Source: Gammaproteobacteria bacterium (lineage in GTDB: Bacteria > Pseudomonadota > Gammaproteobacteria > Natronospirales > DASSBR01). From it: 64,000 nt of DNA. The DNA lies in the NCBI GenBank assembly GCA_035701285.1, contig DASSNT010000015.1, positions 4,969-68,968 on the forward strand, read 5' to 3'. Below are positions 35,902-45,301 of the stretch, piece by piece. Made by a program: the position numbers and the translations under genes. Below the pieces are notes generated by a model. The model worked only from the letters and a program-made list of their open reading frames with translations, did no database searches and had not been told where the DNA came from. Each line of letters begins with the position of its first letter. Within the stretch, counting starts at the first letter, position 1.

Positions 35902-36435
35902 ATGGTCTGGATCGACTACTTCATTCTCGGCGTCGTCGCGTTGTCGGTGCTGTTCAGCCTGATGCGCGGGTTCGTCAAGGAAGCCGTTTCGCTGGGTACC
36001 TGGATCGCCGCCTTCTGGCTGGCGCTGACCTTCGCCAACCCGTTCAGCCGCTGGTTCACCGCCATTGAATCGGATGCATTGCGCATCATATTGGCATTTG
36101 CGCTGCTTTTCGTCGTAGTGCTGATTGCGGGCGCGGTCGTAAATCACGTAATCAGCGTGCTGGTCGACAGGACCGGCCTGTCCGGCACGGACCGCCTGAT
36201 CGGCGCCGTGTTCGGCTTCGGCCGGGGTCTCGTCGTCGTCGCCGCGCTGGTGCTGGTGGCGAACTGGACGCAGCTGCCGAAGAGCGAGAGCTGGCAGCAT
36301 TCGAGATTTATGCCCTATGTCGATCCGGTCGCCGTTTGGCTGAGGCGGGTGTTGCCGATCGACTCATCTCATCCGCAGGTTTCCGGCAAACAAGTTGTCG
36401 AAACCGCGGCAATGCTTCATTCCGAGGAGGACTGA
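35902..36435 (+). CDS. cvpA: Colicin V production protein CvpA
   Basis: 177 aa, four-TM protein (W.DY.I.......S...G..RGF.KE). Lies upstream of purF, as is canonical. Confidence 0.9.
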   Translation: MVWIDYFILGVVALSVLFSLMRGFVKEAVSLGTWIAAFWLALTFANPFSRWFTAIESDALRIILAFALLFVVVLIAGAVVNHVISVLVDRTGLSGTDRLIGAVFGFGRGLVVVAALVLVANWTQLPKSESWQHSRFMPYVDPVAVWLRRVLPIDSSHPQVSGKQVVETAAMLHSEED

Positions 36436-36438
36436 TAA

Positions 36439-37944
36439 ATGTGTGGCATCGTCGGCATCGCCGGACACGGCAACGTCAACCAGGCGTTGTACGACGCGCT
36501 CACCGTTCTGCAGCACCGGGGTCAGGATGCGGCCGGCATCATGACGGCCGACGGTCCTCGGCTGCATTTGCACAAGAAGAATGGCCTGGTGCGCGACGTG
36601 TTCCAGCAGCGCCACATGCTCAGGTTGACGGGCAACATGGGCATTGGCCATGTTCGCTATCCAACGGCCGGCTCGTCGCACACGTCGGAAGCCCAGCCGC
36701 TCTATACCAATACGCCTTACGGCATCGGCCTGGGGCACAACGGCAACCTGACCAACGCGTCCGAGCTGCAGGAGCTGTTGTTCCGCGAAGATTTGCGGCA
36801 CCTGAATACCGATTCCGATTCGGAAATCATCCTCAACGTATTCGCGCATGAATTGCAGCAGCGCGGCAAGACCTCGCTCAGCCCCGAGGATATTTTCGCC
36901 GCGGTCGCGGCGGTGCACCGGCGCTGCCGGGGCGCGTATTCGATCGTCGCGCTGATTGCGGACTATGGCATCGTCGGGTTTCGCGACCCGAATGGCATCC
37001 GGCCGCTGGTGTACGGCAGCCGCCCGACGCCGGACGGCGACGAATACATGATCGCATCGGAGAGCGTCGCGCTCGACGTGCTCGGCTTCGACATGATTCG
37101 CGACGTGGCGCCGGGCGAGGCGGTGCTGATCGACAGCAACGGCGATCTGCATACCCGGCAATGCGCGGAGCATCCGAAACTCACGCCGTGCATTTTCGAG
37201 TACGTTTACTTTGCGCGGCCCGATTCGATCATGGACCGGATTTCGGTCTACAAGGCGCGCCTGCGGATGGGCGACAAGCTTGCAGAGAAGATCAATCGCG
37301 AATGGCCGGACCATGATATCGATGTCGTGATCCCGATTCCCGATACCAGCCGCACCAGCGCCTTGCAAGTCGCAAACATGCTGGACATCAAGTTCCGCGA
37401 AGGCTTCATCAAGAACCGCTACATTGGCCGCACGTTCATCATGCCGGGCCAGCAGCAGCGCCAGCGCTCGGTGAAGCAGAAACTCAATGCCATCGATCTT
37501 GAGTTCAAGGACAAGAACGTGTTGCTCGTGGACGACTCGATCGTTCGCGGCACGACTTCAGAGAAGATTATCCAGATGGCGAGAGAGGCGGGCGCGCGCC
37601 GGGTTTATTTCGCCTCTGCCGCACCACCGGTGCGTTTTCCGAATGTGTACGGCATCGATATGCCGTCGGCGCCGGAACTGGTGGCGCACGGGCGCACCGA
37701 AGCGCAGGTCGCCGAGATCATTGGCGCGGATCGGCTCATTTATCAGGACCTCGACGACCTGATCGACGCGGTCAAGCACGAGCGCGCCGGTCTGGATCAA
37801 TTCGACGACTCGGTGTTTTCCGGACGCTACATTACCGGCGACGTGACGCCGCAATACCTGCGTCATCTTGAACTGCTGCGTTCTGACAGCGCCAAGGCGG
37901 CGCGGGAGCCGGTGGATGTCGAAGATATTGAGTTGCAGGCGTAG
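36439..37944 (+). CDS. purF: Amidophosphoribosyltransferase
   Basis: Has the MCGIVGI Ntn nucleophile and the PRT motif [13 protein letters not shown]. Confidence 0.97.
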   Translation: MCGIVGIAGHGNVNQALYDALTVLQHRGQDAAGIMTADGPRLHLHKKNGLVRDVFQQRHMLRLTGNMGIGHVRYPTAGSSHTSEAQPLYTNTPYGIGLGHNGNLTNASELQELLFREDLRHLNTDSDSEIILNVFAHELQQRGKTSLSPEDIFAAVAAVHRRCRGAYSIVALIADYGIVGFRDPNGIRPLVYGSRPTPDGDEYMIASESVALDVLGFDMIRDVAPGEAVLIDSNGDLHTRQCAEHPKLTPCIFEYVYFARPDSIMDRISVYKARLRMGDKLAEKINREWPDHDIDVVIPIPDTSRTSALQVANMLDIKFREGFIKNRYIGRTFIMPGQQQRQRSVKQKLNAIDLEFKDKNVLLVDDSIVRGTTSEKIIQMAREAGARRVYFASAAPPVRFPNVYGIDMPSAPELVAHGRTEAQVAEIIGADRLIYQDLDDLIDAVKHERAGLDQFDDSVFSGRYITGDVTPQYLRHLELLRSDSAKAAREPVDVEDIELQA

Positions 37945-37978
37945 CGGGTCGGCTTCGAACGGCACCCGCAGCGGCAAT

Positions 37979-38054
37979 CATTTTCCAGAACGCCGTGAAT
38001 ACGTCCCTGTAGGCTCCGGGTTCGACATCCTGTCGAACACGCTCTGGAAAATAA
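37979..38054. repeat. Palindromic element (same family as 9911-10021, opposite orientation); likely bidirectional terminator between convergent purF and the hybrid kinase
   Basis: The termini ATTTTCCAGAACG / CGCTCTGGAAAAT are inverted. The inner perfect hairpin is GTTCGACA-tcc-TGTCGAAC. The reverse complement aligns at ~80% identity, by eye, with 9926-10005. Confidence 0.7.
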
Positions 38055-38071
38055 TTTCCGCAGCGTGCGCC

Positions 38072-40084
38072 TTAGTGTCTCGCAAGTTCCTGAATTAAGG
38101 CTCCGACGCCTTTTGGGTCCAGTGGCTTGACCAGGTGCTCGTCGAAACCGGCTTCGCGGGTGCGCCGCCGGTCGTCGAGTTGGCCGTAACCTGTGGCGGC
38201 CACCAGCCGCGTGCCCTTCAACTCGGGCATGGCGCGCAGACGGCGCGCCACTTCGTAGCCGTCCATGACCGGCAGGCCGATGTCTATCAGCGCGACCGCC
38301 GGCCTGAACTCGGCGGCGGCCTCGATGGCGGTCGCGCCGTCGTGGGCGACCCGGGTCTCGAAACCATCGCCCTCCAGTAGTGCCGCCAGGCTTTCCGCCG
38401 CGTTGACATAATCGTCGACTATCAGGACCCTGGCGTGACTTGCGTGCGTTGCCGACCGGGTCTGCATCGCCGGTTCCAGACGGCGCCTGTCGGGCACGCG
38501 CCGCCGTTCCAGCAGCGGCAGCCGCACGATGAATTCGCTGCCCCGATCGCGGCCTTCGCTATGCGCCTCGACATGCCCGCCATGCAGGTCGACGAGGTTG
38601 CGGACGATGGACAGCCCGAGCCCGAGTCCGCCGCGTGAACGCGCGATCGACTGCGCATCCTGTGTGAACGAGTCGAACACGCGTGGCAGTAATCCTGCGT
38701 CAATGCCGATGCCCTGGTCGCGCACCCGGATGACAACCTGGTCCCGCTCCGTGCCGGAGCTGACGTGAATAACGCGGCCGGGCTGGGAGTACTTCGCGGC
38801 GTTGGTGAGAAGATTGGTGATCACCTGGATGAGTCGCCGCCGGTCCCCATTGACGGTTAATCCGTCCTCAATCGCTGTTTCGACCGTCTGCTCGTGTTCC
38901 TGTAGCATCGGCCGCGCCGTTTCTATTGCGCGGGCGATAATGTCGCCGATATCCAGTGGTCCCATTTTCAGCTCGACCTTCCCGCGGGCAATGCGGGAGA
39001 CGTCGAGCAGGTCGTCTACCATCGCTGCCAGATGACGTACCTGCGATTCGACGATCGCGCGTTCGTCTGCGAGTGCGTCCGGCTGGCGCAGTTGCATCAG
39101 CTGCAAGGTTGTCATGATCGGCTGTAACGGGTTGCGCAGCTCGTGGCCGAGCATCGCCAGAAATTCGTCTTTTGCGCGGCTGGCGGTTTTAATCGCATCG
39201 TCAGCTTCCCTGCGCTCTGTCACGTCGGCGACAACACCTGCGACACGCACCGGATTGCCGGCTGTGTCATAGATTACCCGCCCCAGCGGCGCTATCCAGT
39301 GGATGCTGCCGTCCGGCCAGCGGACACGGGCTTCGACCGAGAACACGCCGCTTTCCCGGGCGCGGGCGACGGCTTCGTGGAAGAGCGGCTTGTCTTCATC
39401 CAGCAGGTGTCGCTCAGCGGTGTGCCACGACCACTCTGGCTGGGACTCCGGATAACCGAACATCCGGTCGTGTCGCAGCGAATGCTTCTCGGAGCGGCCG
39501 GTTGCAAGGTCGAGGTCCCAGACTCCGAGTTCGGCTGCGTCGATGGCGGTTTGGAGGGTGGCTTCGCTCTGTCGTAGCGCTGCTTCGGCCGCAACGCGGT
39601 CCGTTGTTTCGATGGTGGTTGCGATGACGCCGACTATGTTGCCGGCTTCGTCACGAAGTGCGCTGTAGCAGGAGTTGAAGTAGGCATGCTCGCGCGCGCC
39701 ATCCCGATCCAGCAGCCGTTCCGATCGATCGAGCCGTTCTGCAATGCCGGTCGCGAGAACCTTGTTCAGGACAGGTCCAATAGTGGGCCAGATATCGGCC
39801 CAGCACTCGCGCACCGGCTGGCCGAGCGCGGCCGGGTGCCGGGCACGCAGGATTGCGGTGGCGGCATCGTTGTAAATCTGGATCAGGTCGGGCCCCCACA
39901 GCACGTAGTGGGGGAAGCCGGCGTCGAGGCAGATCGCCACGGCGGTTTTCAGGCTTGGCGGCCAGTGTTCTATTGGCCCCAGCGGCGTCCGCGACCAGTC
40001 ATGCCTGCGCACGAGCGCATGCATGTCACTGTCGCCCGGGAACGGCGCAACTCGATCATCGCTTGCGTATTCCGCCATTGTCAT
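38072..40084 (-). CDS. Hybrid sensor histidine kinase/response regulator (PAS-PAS-HisKA-HATPase_c-REC), paralog 1
   Basis: H-box FLAMLGHELRNPL; N and G boxes (NLLTNAAKYS, DQGIGI, GGLGLGLSIV); C-terminal receiver (VLIVDD...DIGLPVMDGYEV...KP). The N-terminal sensor motif is HDWS.TPLGP...WP. The start at ATG 40084 was chosen by alignment with paralog 3. Confidence 0.85.
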   Translation of the reverse strand: MTMAEYASDDRVAPFPGDSDMHALVRRHDWSRTPLGPIEHWPPSLKTAVAICLDAGFPHYVLWGPDLIQIYNDAATAILRARHPAALGQPVRECWADIWPTIGPVLNKVLATGIAERLDRSERLLDRDGAREHAYFNSCYSALRDEAGNIVGVIATTIETTDRVAAEAALRQSEATLQTAIDAAELGVWDLDLATGRSEKHSLRHDRMFGYPESQPEWSWHTAERHLLDEDKPLFHEAVARARESGVFSVEARVRWPDGSIHWIAPLGRVIYDTAGNPVRVAGVVADVTERREADDAIKTASRAKDEFLAMLGHELRNPLQPIMTTLQLMQLRQPDALADERAIVESQVRHLAAMVDDLLDVSRIARGKVELKMGPLDIGDIIARAIETARPMLQEHEQTVETAIEDGLTVNGDRRRLIQVITNLLTNAAKYSQPGRVIHVSSGTERDQVVIRVRDQGIGIDAGLLPRVFDSFTQDAQSIARSRGGLGLGLSIVRNLVDLHGGHVEAHSEGRDRGSEFIVRLPLLERRRVPDRRRLEPAMQTRSATHASHARVLIVDDYVNAAESLAALLEGDGFETRVAHDGATAIEAAAEFRPAVALIDIGLPVMDGYEVARRLRAMPELKGTRLVAATGYGQLDDRRRTREAGFDEHLVKPLDPKGVGALIQELARH

Positions 40085-40087
40085 CAC

Positions 40088-40123
40088 GCCGTCCAGCTGG
40101 CGATATGTTCTACCGAGTATAGG
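40088..40123 (-). promoter_or_regulatory. Conserved upstream block shared with paralog 3 (contains a TATACT -10-like hexamer on the minus strand)
   Basis: On the plus strand, GCCGTCCAGCTGGCGAT (40088-40104) and GAGTATAGG (40115-40123) match 45229-45245 and 45264-45272 upstream of the third kinase. The promoter role is inferred. Confidence 0.35.
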
Positions 40124-40204
40124 TCGATTGGGAACAATCCGCTACTTGAGGCTTCCGACTTCGATCGGCGGGCGCTGCGGTATTAATTTTCCAGAACGCT
40201 GGCC

Positions 40205-42367
40205 TTATTTTTCATTCGCGGCACCAAAATTTTCGATCAGCTGTCCGATCGCGCTTGGATCCAGTGGTTTGACCAGATGCTCGTCAAAACCCGCCTCCCG
40301 GGCCCGCTGCCGGTCGCTCTCCTGGCCATAGCCTGTCACGGCGATCAGCGTCAGTTTTTCCAGACCCGGCATCTGGCGCAACCGACGGGCCACTTCGTAG
40401 CCGTCCATTACCGGCAGACCGATGTCGATCAGCGCGACTGCGGGCTCGAATTCAGCCGCGGCCGTGAGCGCGGCGGCGCCATCGTGGGCGATGCACGTCT
40501 CGTAGCCGGTCAGTTCAAGCAGCTCTGCAAGGCTGGTTGCGGCGTCGGCATAGTCGTCGACAACCAGAACCTTCAAACTGCTGCTGCCGGAACGCGCTGC
40601 CGGTTTGGCAGGCTCGACGGCGCGTTGTGTCGGCGGACTTTGCAGCAGTGGCAGGCGCACGACGAACTCGCTGCCGCAATTGCGGCCTTCGCTCAGCACC
40701 TCAACGCTGCCGCCGTGCAGCACCACGAGGTTCCGTACGATCGCCAGACCGAGCCCCAAGCCGCCTTCTGAGCGTTCGATTGATTGTGCGCTCTGGCTGA
40801 ACAGGTCGAACACGTGCGGTTTGAGGTCCGGGTCGATACCGATACCCTCATCGCGCACCCGCAGTATGACTGCATCGCCCTCGGCCATCGCGCTGACATG
40901 GATCGTGCTCTTAGACGGGGAGTATTTCGACGCGTTGGACAGCAGATTGGTGACGATCTGTGCCAGCCGCCGCGCATCTCCCTCTACCAGCAGGTCGTCG
41001 TCGACCGCGGATTGCACCGCCTGTTGGCGTTGTTCTATCAGCGGCTCGACCGTTTGCAATGAGCGGGAAACGATTTCACCAATGCCGACGGGCTTCTTCT
41101 TCAATTCGACCTTGCCGCGGGCGATGCGCGACACGTCGAGCAGGTCATCGACCAGCCCGGCGAGGTGACGCACTTGCGATTCGATCACGTTACGCTCCCT
41201 GGCGAGCGCTTCCGGCTGGCGCATGCGCATTAGTTGCAGCGCGGTGAAGATCGGCGCCAGCGGATTGCGCAGTTCGTGGCCGAGCATGGCGAGGAATTCA
41301 TCCTTGGCCCGGTTCGCTTCCTGCAGCGCGTTCCGCGAGTGGCGAAGATCCTCCTCGACGCGCTTCCGGTCGGTAATATCCTGGAACAGCACGCCCAGCC
41401 GCCGGCTTTCCTTGTTGTCCGGTTCCATTTTGAAAACGTAGAAGTCATACCAGCGCTTTTGCAGCGACAGGTAATGTACCGCGCGCTCGCTTTCGCCGGT
41501 GCGAGCGACGCGCCCCCACAGCTCGAACCAGTAAGGTTCATAGCGCTCTCCGGATTCGCCCAGCCGGTGACCGACGATATCCGTTCCGGCAAGTTCAAGC
41601 ACGGCCGGATTCGCGTCGATGTATTCAAGGTCGATGGCATGACCGTTCTCGTCGAAGATGACGTCGGCGAGCAGATAACCTTCGTCAATCGCTGAAAACA
41701 GCGTGCGGTAGCGCGCTTCGCTTTTGCGCAGCGCCGCGTCGGCCCGATGCCGCTCAATCGCGATTGCGGTGGCGCGATTAAGGAAATCGACAGCTTCCAT
41801 CTCCTCGGCCGCCGGCCCGCGAGGCTCGGGGTAGTAAATCGCGAACGTACCCAGTACCTGCCGATGCGAGCCGATGATCGGTGTTGACCAGCAGGCGCGC
41901 AGTTCATGGCGCAGCCCCAGGTCGGCGAAGTTCTTCCACAGCGGGTCCGACGCGATATCGCTGACGATAACCCGGGCGCGGCGGTGTGCCGCCGTTCCGC
42001 AGGTGCCGACACCCTCGCCGACGGGGGTGCCATCGATCGCGCGGTTGTAATCGTCCGGCAGGCTTGGTGCGGATCCATGCCTCAGATGCAGGCCATCTTC
42101 GTCGAGCAGCAGCACCGAGGCGCGGGGCCGCCGTGCTGCAAAACGTGTTTCGAACCCGCGTATCAACGCGTCGAGGGCGGCGGAGAGCGGGGCGCCGGCC
42201 GCAATCAGTTCGATAACGCGCTGCTCCTGTGCCAGCAGCGCGTCACGCTGTTCCGCGCGGCGCCGTGCGGCCTCCCGGGCGGTGTTCGCCTCACGCAGTT
42301 CGTCAATAAGGGCCTGGGAATCGTCCTGTCTATTGGCCGGATTTGTCATCGATGTGCTTCTTCGCAA
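40205..42367 (-). CDS. Hybrid sensor histidine kinase/response regulator (coiled coil-GAF-PAS-HisKA-HATPase_c-REC), paralog 2
   Basis: Has the same kinase core as its neighbours (DEFLAMLGHELRNPLAPIFTALQLMRMRQP). The GAF domain has the IAAGAPL motif also seen in the HWE kinase at 4508..6643. Its 5' end overlaps the 3' end of paralog 3 by 20-38 nt. Confidence 0.85.
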   Translation of the reverse strand: MRRSTSMTNPANRQDDSQALIDELREANTAREAARRRAEQRDALLAQEQRVIELIAAGAPLSAALDALIRGFETRFAARRPRASVLLLDEDGLHLRHGSAPSLPDDYNRAIDGTPVGEGVGTCGTAAHRRARVIVSDIASDPLWKNFADLGLRHELRACWSTPIIGSHRQVLGTFAIYYPEPRGPAAEEMEAVDFLNRATAIAIERHRADAALRKSEARYRTLFSAIDEGYLLADVIFDENGHAIDLEYIDANPAVLELAGTDIVGHRLGESGERYEPYWFELWGRVARTGESERAVHYLSLQKRWYDFYVFKMEPDNKESRRLGVLFQDITDRKRVEEDLRHSRNALQEANRAKDEFLAMLGHELRNPLAPIFTALQLMRMRQPEALARERNVIESQVRHLAGLVDDLLDVSRIARGKVELKKKPVGIGEIVSRSLQTVEPLIEQRQQAVQSAVDDDLLVEGDARRLAQIVTNLLSNASKYSPSKSTIHVSAMAEGDAVILRVRDEGIGIDPDLKPHVFDLFSQSAQSIERSEGGLGLGLAIVRNLVVLHGGSVEVLSEGRNCGSEFVVRLPLLQSPPTQRAVEPAKPAARSGSSSLKVLVVDDYADAATSLAELLELTGYETCIAHDGAAALTAAAEFEPAVALIDIGLPVMDGYEVARRLRQMPGLEKLTLIAVTGYGQESDRQRAREAGFDEHLVKPLDPSAIGQLIENFGAANEK

Positions 42368-45224
42368 ATGACTCGATCAAGTGTCCTATGATCGTGGGAT
42401 CGAGCGGCTTCACCAAGTGCTCGTTAAACCCTGCTTCACGGGCGCGCCTGCGGTCGCTCTCCTGTCCGTAGCCGGTCATCGCCACCAGAGTAATTTTTTC
42501 GAGGCCGGTTACCTGGCGCATCCGCCGGGCGACTTCGTAGCCGTCCATTGCCGGCAGTCCGATGTCGATGAGCGCAACCGTCGGCAGAAACTCTTTGGCG
42601 GCACCCAGCGCCGCCGCGCCGTCGTAGGCGACACGGGTTTCAAAGCCGTCCAGTCCCAGCAGTTCCGCAATGCTGTCGGCGGCATCGACATAATCGTCGA
42701 CGATCAGCACCTTGACTTGCCCGCGGGTGGTTTCCGGCGTCGGCATCTGTGGCCCGGCCTGTGCAGCCAGCGTTGCGACCGCTTCGGCAGGCCTGCCTTG
42801 CAGCAGCGGCAGACGCACGACAAACTCGCTGCCGCGATTGTGCCCCTCGCTGAACGCTTCGACGCTGCCGCCGTGCAGCATGACCAGGTTTCGCACCAGT
42901 GAGAGACCCAGCCCCAGGCCGCCTTCCGACCGCGCGAGCGACTGCGCGCTCTGCGTGAACAGATCGAATACGCGCGGCAGCAGGTCCGGATCGATTCCCA
43001 CGCCTTCGTCGCGCACGGTCAGCACGGCCTGGTCGCCTTCGGCGCACGCCGCAAGCTGGATTTCCCGTTGCGGCGGCGAATACTTCGCGGCGTTGGTCAG
43101 CAAGTTCGTGATGACCTGAACGAGCCGGCGGGCGTCGCCTTCGACGACCAGCCGGTCATTCACTTCTGTGTGCACAGCCTGTTCGTATTTTTCGATCAGC
43201 GGACTTGCCGTTTCAAGAGACTTGGCGACAATCTCGCCGAGATCTACCGGCGCTTTCTTCAGTTCAATTTTGCCGCGCGCGATGCGCGACACGTCGAGCA
43301 GGTCGTCGACCAGCCCGATCATGTGCTGCACCTGCGACTCGATGATGCCGCGTTCCCGGGTCAGCACGTGCGGGTTTTGCATGCGCATCAACTGCAAGGC
43401 TGTCACGATCGGCGCCAGCGGATTGCGCAGTTCGTGGCCGAGCATGGCGAGAAATTCGTCTTTGGCCCGACTGGCGGATTGCAGATCGGCTTCCGACCTT
43501 TTTCGTTCACTGACGTCGATCGTGGCGCCGTAGGCGTGCGGCTTGCCGTGATCGTCGGCGATGGTGGCTCGGGAGTAGAGCCACCGGTGTCCGCCGTGGG
43601 GTAGCCGGGCCTGGAATTCCATCTCGAACGACTGACGCGTTCGTGCGCATTCCGCCAGTCTGGCCATCATGTTGCGGCGGTCGGCGGTCTCGACCACATT
43701 CTCCCAGCGACTGGCGGGTATCCGCATGGGTCTTGCGCCGAACTCCATCAATTTCGCCATCTGCGCCGAGATCGTGCTTTCGCCGCTCTCAAGATTGAGA
43801 TCCCAGGTGCCGATCTCGCCGGCTTCAATTGCCAGGCGCTGGAGTTGCTCGCTGCGCCGCAGCGCCTTTTCCGCCCGGGCGCGTTCGACGGCTTCCCAGG
43901 TGCGGTCGGCCACTTCCTCGACCAAGGCAACTTCTTCATCGCTCCAGGCGCGCGGCGCGGTCTGATGGACATAGAAGATAGCGACCAGGCGGTCATGCCG
44001 GATCAGCGGGACACCGATGCCGCTACGCACGTCCCCGGCTTCGGCATACGCTTCTTCAGCGCCGCGTGTGCGCGCGTCGGTCTGCGGATCTTTTACCCGG
44101 ACGGTTTTGCCCATGCGGTAGTCGCGCGCAACGCTTTCGCCGAAGTCGCGTATCCGCACGGTGCCGGCGAGAGTCAGCATGTTGCCGTCGGTCCAGTCCC
44201 GCCTGACGGTAAACAGTTCTTCGCTTTTGTCGACCTCGCCGTAGCCGCAGCGGCCGACGCCGAGATGGGAGCCGAGCATGCGGCTCGCGGTTTCCATGAT
44301 CGCCGAGCTGCTGGTCACCTCGCGCAGCGTGTCTGTGAGCGCAACGAGAAAGTTGTCGTGCTCTTCACTGCGCTTGCGGTCGGTCACGTCGCGAGTCGTG
44401 CCGCCGACGGCCTCGACTTCGCCGCCGGGGTCAAGGATCGGCACGAGGATGTACTCGTAGACGCGTCTGCCGTTGGTGCCATTGAATGGCACTTCGCCTT
44501 TGACCGGCTGCCGCGTGGCGACGACTTCATCGATCTCGCGGTCGTGCATGGCAGCGTGCCAGTCCGGATAACCCAGTTCCAGGCAATTCTTGCCGATGGC
44601 CTCATCCCACGTTCGGCCCCACATCGCGAGGGTGGCGCGGTTGGCGTAGATAAACCGGTGGTCGAGGTCGAAAATGTAGGCGAGATCCGGGATGGCGGAG
44701 AGCAGCGCGTCGTAGCGCCGCTGTCGCGCCTCTTCTGCAAGCACTGAACTGGTTACCTCGATGCCGCTATTGAGCATTCCGGCGATGATGCCGGTCTCGT
44801 CGCGCAGGGGACTCACCGCAAAGGTGAACCAGGTTGACTCGGGGCTTCCGTTGCGCAGCAGCGTGAACGGTATCTGCTCACAGCGGCTCGATTCGCCGTT
44901 CCAGGCCTTCGTGATCAGAGGCTCGATTGCCTCGCGCACTTCTGACCACACCTCCAGCAGGGGCTTGCCGAGGGCGTCGTGTTTCGCACCGAGCAGCGGC
45001 CGATACGCGTCGTTGTAGATGCAGATGAGCTGCTGGCCCCAGCAGACAAGGTTCGGCAGCGGTGAGTCGAGAATAAGGTCGACGCAGGTTCGCAGCGCCT
45101 GCGGCCAGCTTTCCGGCGGCCCGAGCGGCGTACCGGACCAGTCATGTGCGCGCACCAGCGCAGCCATTTCACCTTGGGTGGCGAACGGCGCTTGTGAGGG
45201 CGTCACGCGGGCGGGTTCAGTCAT
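42330..45224 (-). CDS. Hybrid sensor histidine kinase/response regulator (PAS-PAS-GAF-PAS-HisKA-HATPase_c-REC), paralog 3
   Basis: Has the same kinase and receiver core. The N-terminal sensor HDWSGTPLGPPESWP is shared with paralog 1. The start MTEPARV (45224) is preferred, because the 23 upstream codons of the ORF cover the conserved promoter-like block. Confidence 0.85.
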   Translation of the reverse strand: MTEPARVTPSQAPFATQGEMAALVRAHDWSGTPLGPPESWPQALRTCVDLILDSPLPNLVCWGQQLICIYNDAYRPLLGAKHDALGKPLLEVWSEVREAIEPLITKAWNGESSRCEQIPFTLLRNGSPESTWFTFAVSPLRDETGIIAGMLNSGIEVTSSVLAEEARQRRYDALLSAIPDLAYIFDLDHRFIYANRATLAMWGRTWDEAIGKNCLELGYPDWHAAMHDREIDEVVATRQPVKGEVPFNGTNGRRVYEYILVPILDPGGEVEAVGGTTRDVTDRKRSEEHDNFLVALTDTLREVTSSSAIMETASRMLGSHLGVGRCGYGEVDKSEELFTVRRDWTDGNMLTLAGTVRIRDFGESVARDYRMGKTVRVKDPQTDARTRGAEEAYAEAGDVRSGIGVPLIRHDRLVAIFYVHQTAPRAWSDEEVALVEEVADRTWEAVERARAEKALRRSEQLQRLAIEAGEIGTWDLNLESGESTISAQMAKLMEFGARPMRIPASRWENVVETADRRNMMARLAECARTRQSFEMEFQARLPHGGHRWLYSRATIADDHGKPHAYGATIDVSERKRSEADLQSASRAKDEFLAMLGHELRNPLAPIVTALQLMRMQNPHVLTRERGIIESQVQHMIGLVDDLLDVSRIARGKIELKKAPVDLGEIVAKSLETASPLIEKYEQAVHTEVNDRLVVEGDARRLVQVITNLLTNAAKYSPPQREIQLAACAEGDQAVLTVRDEGVGIDPDLLPRVFDLFTQSAQSLARSEGGLGLGLSLVRNLVMLHGGSVEAFSEGHNRGSEFVVRLPLLQGRPAEAVATLAAQAGPQMPTPETTRGQVKVLIVDDYVDAADSIAELLGLDGFETRVAYDGAAALGAAKEFLPTVALIDIGLPAMDGYEVARRMRQVTGLEKITLVAMTGYGQESDRRRAREAGFNEHLVKPLDPTIIGHLIESFAKKHIDDKSGQ

Positions 45225-45226
45225 TG

Positions 45227-45273
45227 CGCCGTCCAGGTTGGCGATCAGGGAAATAGGGTTACTGAGTATAGGG
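45227..45273 (-). promoter_or_regulatory. Conserved upstream block shared with paralog 1 (TATACT -10-like hexamer)
   Basis: GCGCCGTCCAGGTTGGCGAT (45227-45246) and TGAGTATAGG (45263-45272), compared with 40088-40123. Confidence 0.35.
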
Positions 45274-45301
45274 AGTAACCTCGGCTGCGGCAAATGCGAA
45301 A

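Noticed and set aside
38018-38040. GGGTTCGACATCC resembling a tRNA T-arm (GGTTCGAATCC)
   Set aside because: No acceptor stem, D-arm or anticodon arm can be built around it. It is the inner hairpin of the palindromic element between purF and the kinase.
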